A stretch of 64,000 nt of DNA from Eledone cirrhosa (GCA_964016885.1 OZ024743.1:225990001-226054000), one strand, 5' to 3'; shown: positions 43,731-59,315, counted from the stretch's first letter. Made by a program: numbers and translations. The notes: generated by a model not told the origin, from the sequence alone.

Positions 43731-43976
43731 TGTAATGTCAATGAATTCGTTGCCATCATTGACAAATCCTAGACATTCCACATCATCTTCATTTTATCAC
43801 CGTCATCTTTTAAGTAATGTACTGGGTAATTTCTGGCCTTGTGCCAAATGTAGAAACAATTATTATATTCTGTTTCTTCGCAAGAAATTTACATTCTTAT
43901 AGCGTTTGTTTTGTTTGATTCTCTTTTAGATACATACATGTTTACATACATCTCTCTCTCTCTCTGTATATATATA

Positions 43977-44605
<629 letters not shown>

Positions 44606-45518
44606 TCCCCGCTCCACCCACACCCTTTCTCACACACACACACATCCCACTAACACCTCTACTAATACACACACACACCCTCCTCACTCCAACTTTCACA
44701 CCTACCCATCCTCTCCCCTGTCCACCGCACCTCCGCACACACTGACACACCGACTTTCTTCACTTACCATTCTATCCTACTGCTGCTATGCCCTTATCTC
44801 TGACCACCTCCCCGCACACACAGACACACAACCCTCCTCCTGCCTTGACCCTCTGACCACTTCTTGTTGCGCGTGCACCCCACATCTCCCCTCTTCCGAC
44901 CAATCTCTTCACGGATTACACATATGTGAACATCGATCCCTAGAATCCACCACATCCCAATGATATTACTCAGCATTCCACCACATCGTCTACGGAACTA
45001 CCTTAAGGACTCACCCACTGACATACACCCCAAAAAACTTTTTTTCCCCACACGCCACCTACATCCACAACACGCATAAACACCACACACGTGCGTACCA
45101 CCACATATTTACACATTCAGCCTCCGGAATCCTCTCCCCCACTCCTCTATCCACACACGCACACACACTCCGACCTACACCCCACCCCACACACACCTCT
45201 TCCTGAACATGCAACTCCGTTCTTCCCCCACCTCTTACTTTCACACACACACACACACGTACACCTACACACACACACCACCTTCAGCCCTCCCCGCTCG
45301 GACACCCCGCCTCCCTTTCCCCACTCCACCCGCCACCACCCCTACACGCCCCACACCCTCCACCACTTGTTTTACTTCATGTTTATTTTTATTTTTATTT
45401 TTATCATGCTTTTATATTTAATTTCATTTGTGTACCGTTTCCTCTCACCCCCTTTTTTCTATATGTCTCTCCACCACTCCCCTACACACCCTTGAAACTC
45501 TCTTCCCACACACTTTTC

Positions 45519-45550
45519 ACCTGAAGAAGGGCTTATGCCCGAAACGTCGT
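45519..45550 (+). ncRNA. Minimal hammerhead ribozyme in the pLTR of a decayed C/A-rich PLE (~44605-45640)
   Basis: AC-CTGAAGA-A-GGGC ttat GCCC-GAAA-CG-TC-GT; the tail 45600-45630 recurs inverted at 14977-15008. Confidence 0.8.
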
Positions 45551-45654
45551 TCCCCACCACCACCCCACTCTCAAGAGCGTGAAACTAATAAACCTTTGTT
45601 CGTACTGCTTCTCTGTTTTGTTCCCGTTCAATTTTTTACTATATATATATATAT

Positions 45655-46234
45655 ATGTATTATTCTCCAGAGTCTAGCTATTGACCAGTTAATTTTCTTG
45701 ATTTTATAGTTGATTCTATTGACTGATGAATAGCTTATGTTAATTTTAACCATTCTGTTGAGAACTCTATTCGATTTGTGATGTTTTTGCATTCTTGCAA
45801 AAATATACACATCTGAATTCATTCGCCTGATATAGGGGTTGCCTCCCTTGCCGATCCCCACGTGGGGTCAGCAATAGTCAGTCCTTGTATTAACATTGAA
45901 CTAAAACCTGTTCAGAAAGTGGCTTCCTTGTTCAATCATCTTACCAGAAGCCTGACATTATTTATGTAAGCGGACGGTACTTGATTTAGGAGCCGCAGAA
46001 ACCCATATACTGGATTTTACCAACCTTGCAGGGGTCCGGGTAAATTTTCAATACCCGATTTACTTGATCGTTTTTTTTTGCTATGCGAATGATTGTTTAA
46101 CCATCGTCTCAGTGTGTTTGGCCTTTAACGTTTGTTATAGCTCTGGTTCATCTGAATCATTGAGCACTTGCCGCACATCTCGGAGGTTGTTTTTCGTTAT
46201 TTCGTGGGCCGAAATGCGAAACTCGATAATTTAT

Positions 46235-46235
<1 letters not shown>
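45655..46235 (+). mobile_element. Second, diverged copy of the ~590 bp structured non-coding element
   Basis: Starts TGTATTATTCTCC and ends GCCGAAATGCGAAACTC, like 14266-14841; (TA)n on both sides. Confidence 0.65.
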
Positions 46236-46305
<70 letters not shown>

Positions 46306-46387
46306 CATATATATATATATTAAAATAAAATATATATATTTATTAAAATAACAGATTATCGAGCCTTCTTTGGATTTTAGTCTTCAC

Positions 46388-46484
<97 letters not shown>

Positions 46485-46549
46485 AATAGATTTATAGATA
46501 GATAAATATATATAGATGTTTAGCGGAAAGAGAAGAGAAACATTAGCCA

Positions 46550-46614
<65 letters not shown>

Positions 46615-46959
46615 TTAATGCTACTACTACTACTACCAATACCTATAATAATAATAACAACAATAATAATAACAACAATAATAATAACAACAATAACAAT
46701 AACAACAACAATAATAATAACAACAACAACAACAACACCAACAACAATAATAGTAATAATAATAATGATAATAATAATAATAATAATAATGATTTCTTTA
46801 TTAATAATAATAATAATATCAATAATGATAATGCACGATTTACCCGATCTCTCCACAAACGAAATTTTAATAATTTTTATAATAATGACTATGGTGATAA
46901 CAGTTGAGATTCTTAAGTAGACTTCACACACACACACAACACACACACATACGTACAGA

Positions 46960-47022
<63 letters not shown>

Positions 47023-47444
47023 ATACACATCCACACACACACACACACACACCACCACCACTCTCTCTCACACACATACATACACATACTCACACACGTT
47101 TATACACATCCAACATTCTTATATTTCCTACATTCTATTATTCGCTTTTTTTCTCCTCTCCTAATCTCTTTTCTTCACTCGTTGTACAGTTATTTTCATT
47201 TATATATGTACTGTATTTACTGCACACTATGTTGCACTAAACAGGCGTGATGCACCACCAGTGTCGCTATTTGCCAGATTACTTATTGAACTATTCTTCA
47301 TCAACAATGACAAAAGACTTTATCAACAATAGTTCCTTGAGACTTTACAAATGTTTTCGTATATTTCCTGTCTCGTAGATGTATATATATATATACACAC
47401 ACACACACACGTATATATATATATACATACACATACACACACAC

Positions 47445-47509
<65 letters not shown>

Positions 47510-47514
<5 letters not shown>

Positions 47515-47750
47515 GAGAATGAAACGAAATTTCATTTCTCACTCTTAGTACGGCTGATACCTAAATATAAGTATGTATACGTACATACATATGTGTACAG
47601 ACGTACAGTAGTATGTATATATATAAATACATGCACATATATATATATTTGTACGTACATATATATATGTGTGTGTATGTATGTATATATATACATACTA
47701 CTGTAGGTCTGTACACATATATGTATATACGTATACATACTTATATTTAT
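47510..47750. mobile_element. Fragment of the 13445-14015 family with fold-back
   Basis: GAATGAAACGAAATTTCATTTCTCACTCTTAGTACGGC; 47562-47622 is inverted at ~47688-47750. Confidence 0.7.
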
Positions 47751-47766
47751 ATATATATATATATAA

Positions 47767-47863
<97 letters not shown>

Positions 47864-48020
47864 TTTTATATGTGTGTGTGTCTGTTGGCGGGTGTGTATA
47901 TATGTATATACTAAGTTGTGCGCTAAGAAGTCGAAGTATATGATAAAGTTATATCTGTATATTTGATATATTTATATATCGTTTACACCTCTATTCTGTA
48001 TATACACCGACATAGTGTTA

Positions 48021-48767
48021 TCTACATATATATAAAAGCGAGGATGTGTGTGTGTCTGTGTACAACTTTGGACACCTAAGGGTTTTACAATTCCGAACCG
48101 AATTTGACCAAATTTTCTGTGCACGCTGCACCTGTCGCTAAGATGGTCACTTCACAAATCTTTTTCAAATCGACCCACGTTGAGCAATACAAAATTGATA
48201 GCAAAATTATCGATAGCAAAATTATTTTTTCTAAAGTGCATGATGTAATGGAGATAATAATGAATACAAAATACTTATGGGATTTTCCAAGCAAATTAAA
48301 AGTTGCAATTACTTTTACATTTTTCGAGCTTTTTTTTACCAAATGTGAGGCAGGCATTGTCTATGCTGTCAAGGTAATACAAGAAGATTATTTTTTCTAA
48401 AGTGTATGCAATCTAAAAACAATCCCTATGGGACTTTCCATTCAAACCGTTGGGCCCTACAACTTTTACATTTTAAAGGTAATTTCGTCCACATTTGAGG
48501 TACGCATTATCTATGCTTCCAGGATATTGTGAATTTATTAAAAAAAACTATTATTACAATGAAGAAATCAGTTAAAACAACATTTTCCTTCATTATCAGC
48601 ATAGTTTTATGTGTACAAAGATTGCACTAAATATCCGTTTGCATTAATTATTGAAAACTTCTGCTTATTTTTACAGGTTGAGGACAAATAATTTTCTTCT
48701 TTTACTTCCTAGCTGTATATCCTTAGTATAATTTCAAACCCCGGGAAACACCAGGTAAATCTGCTAG
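48021..48767 (+). mobile_element. Non-autonomous Helitron
   Basis: 5' TC (TCTACATATATATAAAAG), subterminal hairpin CCCGGGAAACACCAGGT, 3' CTAG, inserted between A and T; internal ~165 bp tandem duplication. Confidence 0.8.
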
Positions 48768-49695
48768 TCATATATAAGTACACACACACACACGCATATA
48801 TATATATATATATATAAAATGTTAAAACAATAATGAATAAAACAATGAAACAGTTCCTTATATTAAACAAAAAAAGTTCATTATTTAACGATCGTTTCTA
48901 GGACATATATGTGTTAGAATTGGTATGCATATTCAACAGATCTATGTACAAAATTATACAAAATTATACAAATTATCAAATATAATATACATACCAACAC
49001 ATACATATGCCATCTTCAGAAATAATGAAATATATTTATTGATAATAACAACAATTCAAAATTACAGGTCTGTTTGGGAACAGAGTTCAAATTGACCAAT
49101 GAAATACACAAAATATATCAATAAAATACAGTTAGGTGTGTGTATATATGTAAGTAACTTCGTTCACAGATATGCATAAAAATATATGTTCACATGCATA
49201 CGCATGTCGAAAAAATGTATGTAAATACAAAAAATTCAGGGCTAATGTCTCTGTATGTTTATAATCTATAGATAAAATACACATACGCATATAAACATAT
49301 ATAGATTCATATATACACACATATATATATACACGCACATTCACACACACACGCGCATATACACATAAACATACACATACCCATGAACATACACACACAC
49401 ACTCACACACACACACACACACACACATATATGTATATATTATTATTATAACTATATGGATATTTAGGCACACACATAAACACTGCTACATATATTTTTA
49501 CATCCAAATGCAGAAGTGGGTAAGGGGTTCAGTAATAACTAAGGATGTCAGGGAGCTGCCTATTTAAAAATGTATCTACAAATTTAGAAATAAAAAGAAA
49601 TATATCAAAAAAAAAATATATATATATAAACAAGTAAAATATACTCATACATAAAATACATACCGATATACATATACATATAAATACACATACAC

Positions 49696-49732
<37 letters not shown>

Positions 49733-50299
49733 CACATACACATATACACGTACACATACTCATACATACATAAATATACATACACATACATATATAAATA
49801 CATAGACACACATACAAACACACATATATATGAAAAAATATATACATATATTCACAATTCACATACATATATACACATATATGTACACACACATACACAC
49901 ACACATATATATATATATATATACACACATATATACATACAGACACATATATATACACACATATATACACACACACATATATATATATATATACATACAC
50001 ACACATATATACACATATATATATATATACACACACACACAACACACACACACACACATACATATACGTATATATACACACACATACACATATCCATGTA
50101 TGTATATACACATACAATCACACGCTCACACAACTCAGACAATTATGCACACATATATATATATACACATACACACATCCCTACAAATATATATACACAT
50201 ATACGCACGCACGCATACATATATACATACACACATACTTATACATAGACATATATATACATACATATATATACACACATATACATATATATACATACA

Positions 50300-50780
50300 T
50301 ACATCATCATCATCATCATTTTACGTCCGCTTTTCCCTGCTTGCAAGGGTGGGACGGGTCTTATTCAGCACAGCATCTCTCCACTCGTCACGGTCCCTCG
50401 TCATCTCCACCGTGAGCTTCAATGATCTGAGGTCTGTTCTCACCACTTCCGCCCATGTTTTTCGTGGTCTACCTCTACCACGTCTTCCTTCAACTGGCAT
50501 TTCCTGGCACTTCTTCACCCATCGGTCATCCTCCATGCGCATCACATGTCCATACCACCTCAGTCTCCTCTCCCGTACACTACATTCTATCCCTCTCAGA
50601 CACAGTTTCTCTCTCAACACATTTATGCTGGGTCGTTCACGCACATTTACACTGCACATCCAACGGAACATGCTTGCCTCATTTCTCTCCAGCCGTCGCA
50701 TATCCTCTGCGGTTGCTGCCCATGTCTCACTACTATGCAGCATCGCGCTCCTCACACAGGCATCATATAACCGGCCTTTC
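50300..50780 (-). mobile_element. RTE-clade LINE 3' fragment nested in the PLE 3' region
   Basis: KGRLYDACVRSAMLHSSETW...RRLRWYGHVMRM...RGRGRPRKTW; (GAT)n tail. Confidence 0.9.
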
Positions 50781-51099
50781 GTACATACATACATATATAT
50801 ACATATATATATACATATATATATATACAATCATAGACACTTATTTACATGCGCACATATGTATTTTTATACTCACATATAAACACCCAAACATACATAC
50901 CTACTTACATACATATACATTCATCCACGCTTACAAATATAAATAATTATAGGGGGGGGGGGGAGGGATTAAAATTATTAGTGGGAAAAAGTAAATATAG
51001 GTTTCAAGGAACATAGAATATTAATCTGCATTTAGATCATAATATATGTTTACATAGTAGTTTCAGTATTAGGAAATGTAAGAAAGAAGGCAAAATTAT

Positions 51100-51476
51100 G
51101 CATTTTAATATAAGTAGACTATTAATTAAAGGTTAACTAAATTAAAATTAGTTAATATATTGATTTCTAAGGTGTATCCTACTTAGGTTTATAATATTTG
51201 AAGCGGAATTTTGAAGTTAAATAGTAGTAGAATATTAATTATATCATAACTAAATTAAAATATTAACATTATGGTATCAATATTAGGAAATGAATTTAGT
51301 AATAGGGAAAACCAAATCAAGTATTTCATCGGTAGTAGAATATAAATTATAGGTTAACTAAATTAAAGAATTATATATTAATTTCTATAGTATATGTTAA
51401 TTAGGTTTATAATAATTAAAGCAGATTTTGTATTTTATCTATAGTAGAATATAATTATAGGTTAACAAAAATTAAA

Positions 51477-51564
<88 letters not shown>

Positions 51565-52095
51565 TTTTAATTGTAAAGAATATATTAATTAGGTATATAT
51601 TTAAAAATTGATCTCAGTTTATGATTACATGATATTCTGCAATCCATCTGTATTGGAATTTTAATTTTCAGCTAATTAAATTAAAATTATAGGTAAACTA
51701 AATTAAAATTAATTTATAAATAACTTTCTAAATTGTATATTAATTAGGTTTATAATATAAAAAAAATATTTCTCTGTTATTGATTACACGATGTTTTGTT
51801 ATATTTCATCTATAAAGGAATTTTAATAAAAGGTTAAATAAACTAAAATTAATCTATAAATTAATTTACAAAGTATATATTAATTATGTTAATAATATTT
51901 AAAAGTTTTTCACTATTTATGATTACACAATATTTTTTATCTCATCTGTATTAGAAATTTAATTAAATTAAATTTATAGGTTATCTACATTTAAATTAAA
52001 TTATATATTAATTTCTAAATTTCTAAAATATATATTATTATTTAGGTTTATAATATTTAAATGTTTTTCTCAGTTTATGATTACACGATATAATT
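51100..52095. repeat. Degenerate ~150 bp tandem repeats derived from the PLE ORF terminus
   Basis: TAGGTTTATAATAT...TGATTACAC-like motif at ~52043, 51885, 51745 and 51590; more decayed at 51403 and 51184. Confidence 0.7.
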
Positions 52096-54570
52096 AATTC
52101 CTGTCGCTTATTTAATAGGATATCTTTAGATTTCATTATTTCAAATAGTTCTTGGGAACATAATCTACATTCATTTCTATTATTTTGATAAGGGGTGGCT
52201 CTTTTGAGCACACTCCAGGTCATATCATATTCTATATTCTTATTTCTATAACTATTAATTTTTTCTGCTAGAGATGTTGTATTAGCCAGTGCGGCGTTTT
52301 TGAAACTATGTTTGTGGGTATTAAACCTTACCTTAAAATTGTTAGAAGTAGCTCCTATATATGAGCAAATAGAGTCTTTAGTTTTAACCTTACATTTATA
52401 AACTATGTTGTTAACAAGACAATTTCCTTTTAATGGGCAGTTTGCTTTGTTTCTACAGTTACAACCTTTCGTTAATTCTATATTTGAGGAGATATTATGG
52501 TTAGTTTGATGTATTGGTGGTATACTTATGGTTTTTTTACATTTATATGCATTATAGGCACTTATATTTTGTTTTATGTTTTTGGTTGTTGAGTATGAGA
52601 ATTTAACTGTTGACCTATTTAAGATTTGATGATATTTGTGGTTTGGCGGGAAGTTTTTCTCTAGGATATAAACAATTTTTTTAGCAATATTATCCTTAAT
52701 TTGTAAATTAAATGGAGCATTATACCAAGTAACTCGTCTATTCCGGTTTCTATGTTGTTTATTATTTTTATAGGTTGTATCGTGATGTTTACTAGGAGGA
52801 TTAATGTTAATGACATCACCACGCACATTTTTAGTTAGATTTATTGATTTAGGTGTTTTATCATGTTTATTAGGAGTATTATTGTTAACATTTATTAGAG
52901 TTGTATGATGAGTAGTTTTTTGAGAGTTACTATAGTTTATATTAGAGGAGTTGTTGGTATTTTGGGGTATAGTGTGGGTGGCATTTAGGTGTGTACTTTT
53001 CATTTGGTGTTTGTTGGTAATATTAGGTTGTATGTTTATAGTATTTTTAGTAGAAGGTATATATTCTAATCTATTTTTGTGGCCACTTCTATCTAGAGCT
53101 TCGTTATAGAAGGTCGCATTTTTATCAAATACATCTTGGTTAGATGAAAGGTTAGAAATTCTAAGTGATATATTATATGCAAGGTTTTTAAGGATAGATT
53201 TAGGGTGATTAGATTGTGAGTGTATGTAGTGTAAGTTTTGGTTGGGTTTATGGTAAGGTTGGTAGATACCCGTAGCTAAATCTAAAGTTATATCTAGGAA
53301 ATTAACTACTTTACTTGTGTTTTCAAAAGTAATATGAAGACTATAATAGTCTTTAAGGAAAGTTCTAATAAGCTTTTTGTTTTTTTCTATTTCTGAGAGG
53401 CTAAGGTTGTTGGAAAGAAGAAGACAGTCATCACGATATAAACCACCTTTAAGGTGGGGAAAGGAAGCATTTATGTTGAAAAGAAGAAAGAGGCCCACAA
53501 GATCAGTAATTTGGGCAGAATCGCTTGAACCCATAGTAATATCAAATAGATTACTATATGTGTTTCTGGTCCAATATTCATTCTGAAATTCAATAAGTGT
53601 TAGTCTAGCATGTGTAATAATATTAATGTCATCCAAAGTTAAGTTAGATCTATTTTTAGCAAATATCAAAGCTTTGTTCAGGAGTATAGGTGAAATAGAA
53701 GAATAGTAATTATCAATATCAAATTGTATAAATGAAGCAGAAGATTTACATCTAATATTTTTAAACCAGTTAATTACCTGGGAAGTGTTTTCCCAGAGTG
53801 GTAAATTAACATGTTTTCTTATTTGTGGGATGACTCTATCCAAAATTTTTTTGCTAATTATTCCAATATCAGATTTGGAGGGACATATAAGTCTTATAGA
53901 AGGATTTAAGTTAAAGTTTGATTTATGATCCTTCAGGTTAAAGTGTGGTCTTTTCAATGCCAAAGGTTCAGTTCTATCTTCAATGTTTAGTTTTTTTTAC
54001 TATGTTGTGTGTTTTGTTGTTGATATTGGTGAGTGACGCATTATTAGATTTTTTTATAGTTTTTCCTGAGTTCTTTATATATGAACTCATTATAATCTTC
54101 AATATTCATGTGATACAAGTTTCCTGTTTTATCCGAGTGGACATGGATTTTTTTAGACTTTTTTAGGTCCAAAAGGGTAGAATCAAGGTCCTTTTGAAAG
54201 ACTGATTTATACTTCTTAAATTTGAGGTGTTTAATTAAATTAAAAAGGTCTTTCTCAAAGTCTTCAAGTAGAGAGTTGTGTGGTGGATTCTTGTAAGTAT
54301 TGAAATCATACATATATTTCCTATCTGCATATTTAGATTTTTTATCGAAGTGGTAGGCCCTCCATCTAACTCTTCTGATAAATTGGTTAGTTTTCTGTAT
54401 CATAAGGAGTAAGAAGTCGTCCTTAGAAGGTATTGGTATATTCCTTAGAAGGTATTGGTATATATATATTGGTTAGTTTTCTGTATCATAAGGAGTAAGA
54501 AGTCGTCCTTAGAAGGTATTGGTATATTCCTTAGAAGGTATTGGTATATTCTTTAAAGAGGTTTCCCAAG
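52038..54570 (-). CDS. PLE reverse transcriptase + GIY-YIG endonuclease (split by two +1 homopolymer slips and a 5' duplication)
   Basis: KNIPIPSK..FIRRVRWRA, SDKTGN, LKDHK, FDIDNYYSSI, MGS, GLYRDD, RNRRVTWYNAPF, CNCRNKANCPLKGNC, IVY..YIG..FKVRF, CRLC, LLNKRQE..SCNH. Confidence 0.92.
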
Positions 54571-54610
54571 TGTGCCTAAATATCCATATAGTTATAATAA
54601 TAATATATAC

Positions 54611-54643
<33 letters not shown>

Positions 54644-55020
54644 AGTGTGTGTGTGTATGTTCATGGGTATGTGTATGTTTATGTATATATGCGCGTGTGT
54701 GTGTGAATGTGCGTGTATATATATATGTGTGTATATATGAATCTATATATGTTTATATGCGTATGTGTATTTTATCTATAGATTATAAACATACAGAGAC
54801 ATTAGCCCTGAATTTTTTGTATTTACATACATTTTTTCGACATGCGTATGCATGTGAACATATATTTTTATGCATATCTGTGAACGAAGTTACTTACATA
54901 TATACACACACCTAACTGTATTTTATTGATATATTTTGTGTATTTCATTGGTCAATTTGAACTCTGTTCCCAAACAGACCTGTAATTTTGAATTGTTGTT
55001 ATTATCAATAAATATATTTC

Positions 55021-55167
55021 ATTATTTCTGAAGATGGCATATGTATGTGTTGGTATGTATATTATATTTGATAATTTGTATAATTTTGTATAATTTTGTA
55101 CATAGATCTGTTGAATATGCATACCAATTCTAACACATATATGTCCTAGAAACGATCGTTAAATAAT
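55021..55167 (+). ncRNA. Hammerhead ribozyme with long stem II (mirror copy on the minus strand at 48880-49026)
   Basis: ATTATTT-CTGAAGA-[~115 nt hairpin]-GAAA-CGATCG-TT-AAATAAT; 7 bp stem I. Confidence 0.8.
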
Positions 55168-55362
55168 GAACTTTTTTTGTTTAATATAAGGAACTGTTTC
55201 ATTGTTTTATTCATTATTTTTTTAACATTTTATCTTGACTCTGTATTCCGTTTATCTTTCACCGAAAGTGAATTTTGAATGCATCTCTTCTTTCCATGAT
55301 ATCCGGATTATATTTAGTTCTTCATACGGATTGGACACTACCGTAAACTCTTGGTAGATTTA

Positions 55363-55422
<60 letters not shown>

Positions 55423-55506
55423 AGTGTAATATATATATATATATGTAAGTATATATATATATGTAAGCGTATATATATATATATAAGTATATATATATAT
55501 ATGTAA

Positions 55507-55547
<41 letters not shown>

Positions 55548-56072
55548 TACATATATACATATATACATACACATACATATACACACATATATATATATGT
55601 GTGTGTATGTGTGTGTATTGTAAGATATGTAATGTAATAAAGAGAATATTGTGAAAGTCCGGTACAATGCAAATAGAAATATAAAGATGAACTATAGTAG
55701 GGTAACTAAGAATGAGAAAACCAAACAATATGTTTACCCAATATATTTCATGATATTTCAAAGTTATGGTTTCCTATTCAAATGTCGAATGCAGAGCAGC
55801 TAGTTCCTATGATCTTTTTTTTGTTGTGCGATTGATTTAATCGTTGGTGGAAATGTGACATGTCATAAGATGACCTGTCATGACCTGTCATAAGAGACAA
55901 TCTACTTCATATAGCTTAAATTTATTTTAATGTTTGGCTAATGCAAGGTTATGAGAAGAGTGTCTTTTATCCGCAAATTACCCTCCCTCCTCTCAGTGGC
56001 TTCTATGAGAAAAAAATTGGCCCTTTCAATTACAGGTTCAGTTCTTCTCCCTCAGCTGTCTTGACTTCAACA

Positions 56073-56180
56073 ACGTGAAATAAAGGGCCCTTCTGAAGGA
56101 AATAACACTCCACCAGGAATCGAAAGCACGACCTTACTATCGTAAGACGAGCAAACTAACCATTAAGCCACTCACCTTCG
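56073..56180 (-). mobile_element. SINE family B fragment
   Basis: AACGTGAAATAAAG...CAGGAATCGAAA...CTAACCATTAAGCCAC. Confidence 0.6.
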
Positions 56181-56634
56181 CTGAACAATACATATATCCT
56201 CTCAGAAATCTACTCAAATAAACAGACATCAAGAATATCTTACTGATACGAAAGCAATACGTACACGCAAATACAGCACACATACACACAAAAAATATAC
56301 ACTTATACACATAGACAATACATACAAATCTAGAAAGAGGTTAAAAAATAAACAAACAACCCAATTTCCTGCATCTCACACTATTCCAAACTACTCCCAC
56401 CCTCTCTCCCTGTTTTATTTCCCCAGTGGGGCATTGGCTATTGTGTAACGTCCGCTTTCTGGAAATTTCTTTTGTCTAGATGCACAACTTTCGGCAAATA
56501 TAGATTAAAACTGCAAATATACTTGCAGCTAGCTAGTTCCAAACATACATTCACATGCGCCTACGTTCCAAGATTCACACGCACACACAAACACAACACA
56601 AAGAAATACACTCATATACATACATCTATATACT

Positions 56635-56715
<81 letters not shown>

Positions 56716-56769
56716 TATATATATATCTGTATATATATATATATATGTATATATATATGTATATATACA

Positions 56770-56927
<158 letters not shown>

Positions 56928-56938
56928 ATATATATATA

Positions 56939-56985
<47 letters not shown>

Positions 56986-56986
56986 A

Positions 56987-57022
<36 letters not shown>

Positions 57023-57089
57023 CATATATACATATATATATTTATACATATATATATTTATACATATATATAAACACACACACACACAC

Positions 57090-57132
<43 letters not shown>

Positions 57133-57856
57133 TATTTTTCTGTGCTGGCGATAAGTCTTCTGTCTCATCATACAAAAATATATAATGTATACTCTGCCTC
57201 TGGTATTGAGTGCTCATTCTTTCTACTGTTTGTTATAACTTAGTGCATACATGCACACACATATACTTATATGTATGCATGTGTCTAAGTGTCTATGTGT
57301 GTATGTGTGAGTGTGGGTTGTATGATTATATAATTCCTTAAATGCTCTTCTTTTAGCAATCATGTATAAAACCATGCTGGTGCACTGGCATATGGGTGTA
57401 TGTGTGTGTGTGTGGGTGTGTGTGTGTGTGTGTATGTGTGTTTGTGTGTGTGTGTCTGTGTGTGTGTATGTTTGTGTGTGTATGTGTGTGTGTGTATATG
57501 TGTGTGTATGTGTGTGAGTGTGTTTGTGTGTGTGTTTGTCGTGTGCTGTGTGTGATTGAGAGCGTGCATTATTATCTTTTCACGATCACCGTCATCACCA
57601 AACACTCCTCCCACGACCACCATAACCGCATCATTACCATCTTCCTCCTCATCCTCCCTCTCCTCCTCCTCCCCCTCATCATCATCATCATCATCATCAT
57701 CACTAACAACAACAACAACAAAAACACCACCACCAATAACGTGGTAACAACGGAACTTCTCTCTATTCACTGGACCCGCTAGGAATAGTAGAAAAATGCG
57801 CCTCAAATCACACACGATTGGTTTAAATGAAAATGGATATTCTCGACAATGTAATC

Positions 57857-57924
<68 letters not shown>

Positions 57925-58129
57925 GCACGCAAACACACACGCATACACAAAGAAAATACGAGATTGTCACAGTTGGAGAACCTTTGGTCATAATGTCTGT
58001 TCGATCTGGGCTGGTGATCAGGGTGGGGTGGGTGGTCGATGGGAAACAACAGCAACAAGACCACCACCAACAACAACAACAGGAACAGCTGCAATAACAA
58101 CAACAACAATATCACCAATAACAACAACA

Positions 58130-58522
58130 GTACCACATGAACAACATCAACAACAATAGCAACAACAGAAGTAACATCACCAATAAAAGTAGCAGCAACG
58201 ACAACAACAAAAACAATAACATCAATAAAACAGCAATAACAACATCAACAACAACAACAGCAACAGTAACAACAACAACAACAACAATAACATCAACAAC
58301 ATCAATAACAACAACAACAACAACACCAACAGCAACAGTAACAACAACAACACCAACAATAACATCAACAACAGCAATAACAACATCAACAACAACAACA
58401 ACAACAGCAACAGTAACAACAAGACCAACAATAACATCAACAACAGCAATAACAACATCAACAACAACACCAACAGCAACAGTAACAACAACAACACCAA
58501 CAATAACATCAACAACAGCAAT

Positions 58523-58553
<31 letters not shown>

Positions 58554-58594
58554 ACAGTAACAACAAGACCAACAATAACATCAACAACAGCAAT

Positions 58595-58625
<31 letters not shown>

Positions 58626-58814
58626 GTAACAACAAGACCAACAATAACATCAACAACAGCAATAACAACAACAACAACAACACCAACAGCAACAGTAACA
58701 ACAACAACACCAACAATAACATCAACAACAGCAATAACAACAACAACAACAACACCAACAGCAACAGTAACAACAACAACACCAACAATAACATCAACAA
58801 CAGCAATAACAACA

Positions 58815-58892
<78 letters not shown>

Positions 58893-58995
58893 GCAATAAC
58901 AACATCAAAAACAACACCAGCAACAGTAACAACAACAACACCAACAACAACAACACCAACAATAACATCAACAACAGCAACAACAACATCAACAA
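58130..58995. repeat. (AAC)n-derived minisatellite, unit ~60-70 bp
   Basis: Recurring ACAGTAACAAC..CCAACAATAACATCAACAACAGCAATAAC; explains the Thr- and Leu-rich ORFs. Confidence 0.9.
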
Positions 58996-59084
58996 ATGCT
59001 TATTTACCTACAGTAAATTCAGCTTGAACAGTATTGGAGACAATGATTCATCATCTACAAGAATTCGGTTAACAATCATCACCA

Positions 59085-59315
59085 TCTCTCTCTCTCCTCT
59101 CTCTCTCCCTCTATCCCTCTTTTTTCTCTATTTGTCTCTCTCTCTCTCCCCTTTCTCTCCCGCTCTCGCCCTCTCTTTCTCTCTGTTTGTCTCTCTCTCT
59201 CCCTCTTTCTCTATCTTTCTTTCTCTCTCTCGCTCTCTCTCTCTCTCCATCTCTTTCTCTCTGTTTGCCTGCCTCTCTCTCTACCTCTCTTTCTCCCCCT
59301 CTCTTCATCTCCCGC

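Larger units (their letters stand above)
48815..55365 (-). mobile_element. Naiad-type Penelope-like retroelement, near full length, with inverted pLTR
   Basis: Inverted repeats of ~655 bp (48815-49472 and 54571-55232); RT + GIY-YIG ORF; HHRs; (TA)n on both flanks. Confidence 0.92.

Noticed and set aside
45720-45775. CTGATGA in the structured element as a hammerhead core
   Set aside because: No GAAA partner, and it is not conserved in the 14.3 kb copy. Group I/II intron and twister motifs were also not convincingly matched by eye.
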